A stretch of DNA of 64,000 nt from Gnetum montanum (lineage: Eukaryota > Plantae > Gnetophyta), in NCBI GenBank assembly GCA_015680685.1, contig MNCI01002312.1, positions 288,655-352,654 on the forward strand, given 5' to 3'. The position numbers and the translations under genes are program-made. The stretch's first letter is position 1; each line of letters starts with the position of its first letter. Shown here piece by piece: positions 63,582-64,000 of this stretch. The notes under the pieces are model-generated. The model had not been told where the DNA came from. It searched no databases and was given only the letters and a program-made list of their open reading frames with translations.

Positions 63582-64000
63582 TTAGATGTAGTATAGCTTG
63601 AGGTATGAGTGATTCACTAGATTGGCAAACTCGTTCCCTTCCATGTCCTCCAGCTTGAAGGCTCCATTCCCAAAGGCTTTAGTGATCATGTATGGGCCTT
63701 CCCAGTTGGCTAATAATTTTCTTACATGTTCACAGAAGGCCTTGAGGAAGAGGTCTCCCTTCTATACTGGCTGTTGATGCAAGTTTGCATGGTTCTTTTG
63801 TTGTTGCTTGCTATGGTAGTGTTCTATGTGGCTCAACATTTGTGCGTGCTCCTCCTCTATTGAGTCGAGGTTGATAATTCTCGACTCGTTGTTTTGGGCT
63901 TTGCTCACAACATTAGATAGGATCATCTAAAGTGACGGTACCTACAACTTAAGAGGCAACACAACTTCAGATCCATAAACGAGACTATAAGGGGTCTTAC
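63582..64000 (-). pseudogene. Tat integrase C-terminus
   Basis: SLVYGSEVVLPL..KAQNNE..ANWEGPYMITKAFGNGAFKL..NHSYLKLYYI*, matching ORF 23590..23934. Confidence 0.92.

Larger units (their letters stand above)
60235..64000 (-). mobile_element. 3' end of a third Tat element (inner subtype): 3' LTR 60235-61969, PPT, 3' UTR, integrase C-terminus; continues beyond window
   Basis: LTR is the reverse-complement homolog of 25188-26933; 61970-64000 is colinear with 23520-25187. Confidence 0.9.

Overview
Eukaryotic (land-plant, repeat-rich) genomic DNA: mostly old, nested, C>T/G>A-decayed LTR retrotransposons around one small gene island. The only intact host gene is a three-exon WRKY transcription factor on the minus strand (43404-46111, WRKYGKK variant, group IIc-like). 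Left nest, oldest to youngest: a Copia element (33406-35874, -), interrupted by a Tat/Ogre-type Gypsy element (-, 5' LTR 31150-33405, running off the window start), interrupted in its protease region by a complete relative (4969-26933, +, TSD TGGAT), which holds a small deleted LTR element (11590-14913, TSD CTAGC). A complete Copia sits at 37682-43060 (TSD GCTTG). Right nest: an Athila-like Gypsy, a Tat LTR inside it, and another Tat element inside that LTR. The most unusual feature is the Tat family architecture. gag-PR and RT-RH-aRH-INT are separated by a ~6 kb spacer that looks like one in-frame intron. The spacer carries an antisense gene with at least 6 introns, present in two diverged copies with conserved splice positions. 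It encodes an FCP1/NIF-type HAD (pseudo)phosphatase domain fused to a plant-mobile-domain-like region and a predicted coiled coil. Domain calls are by-eye motif recognition; no searches were run.
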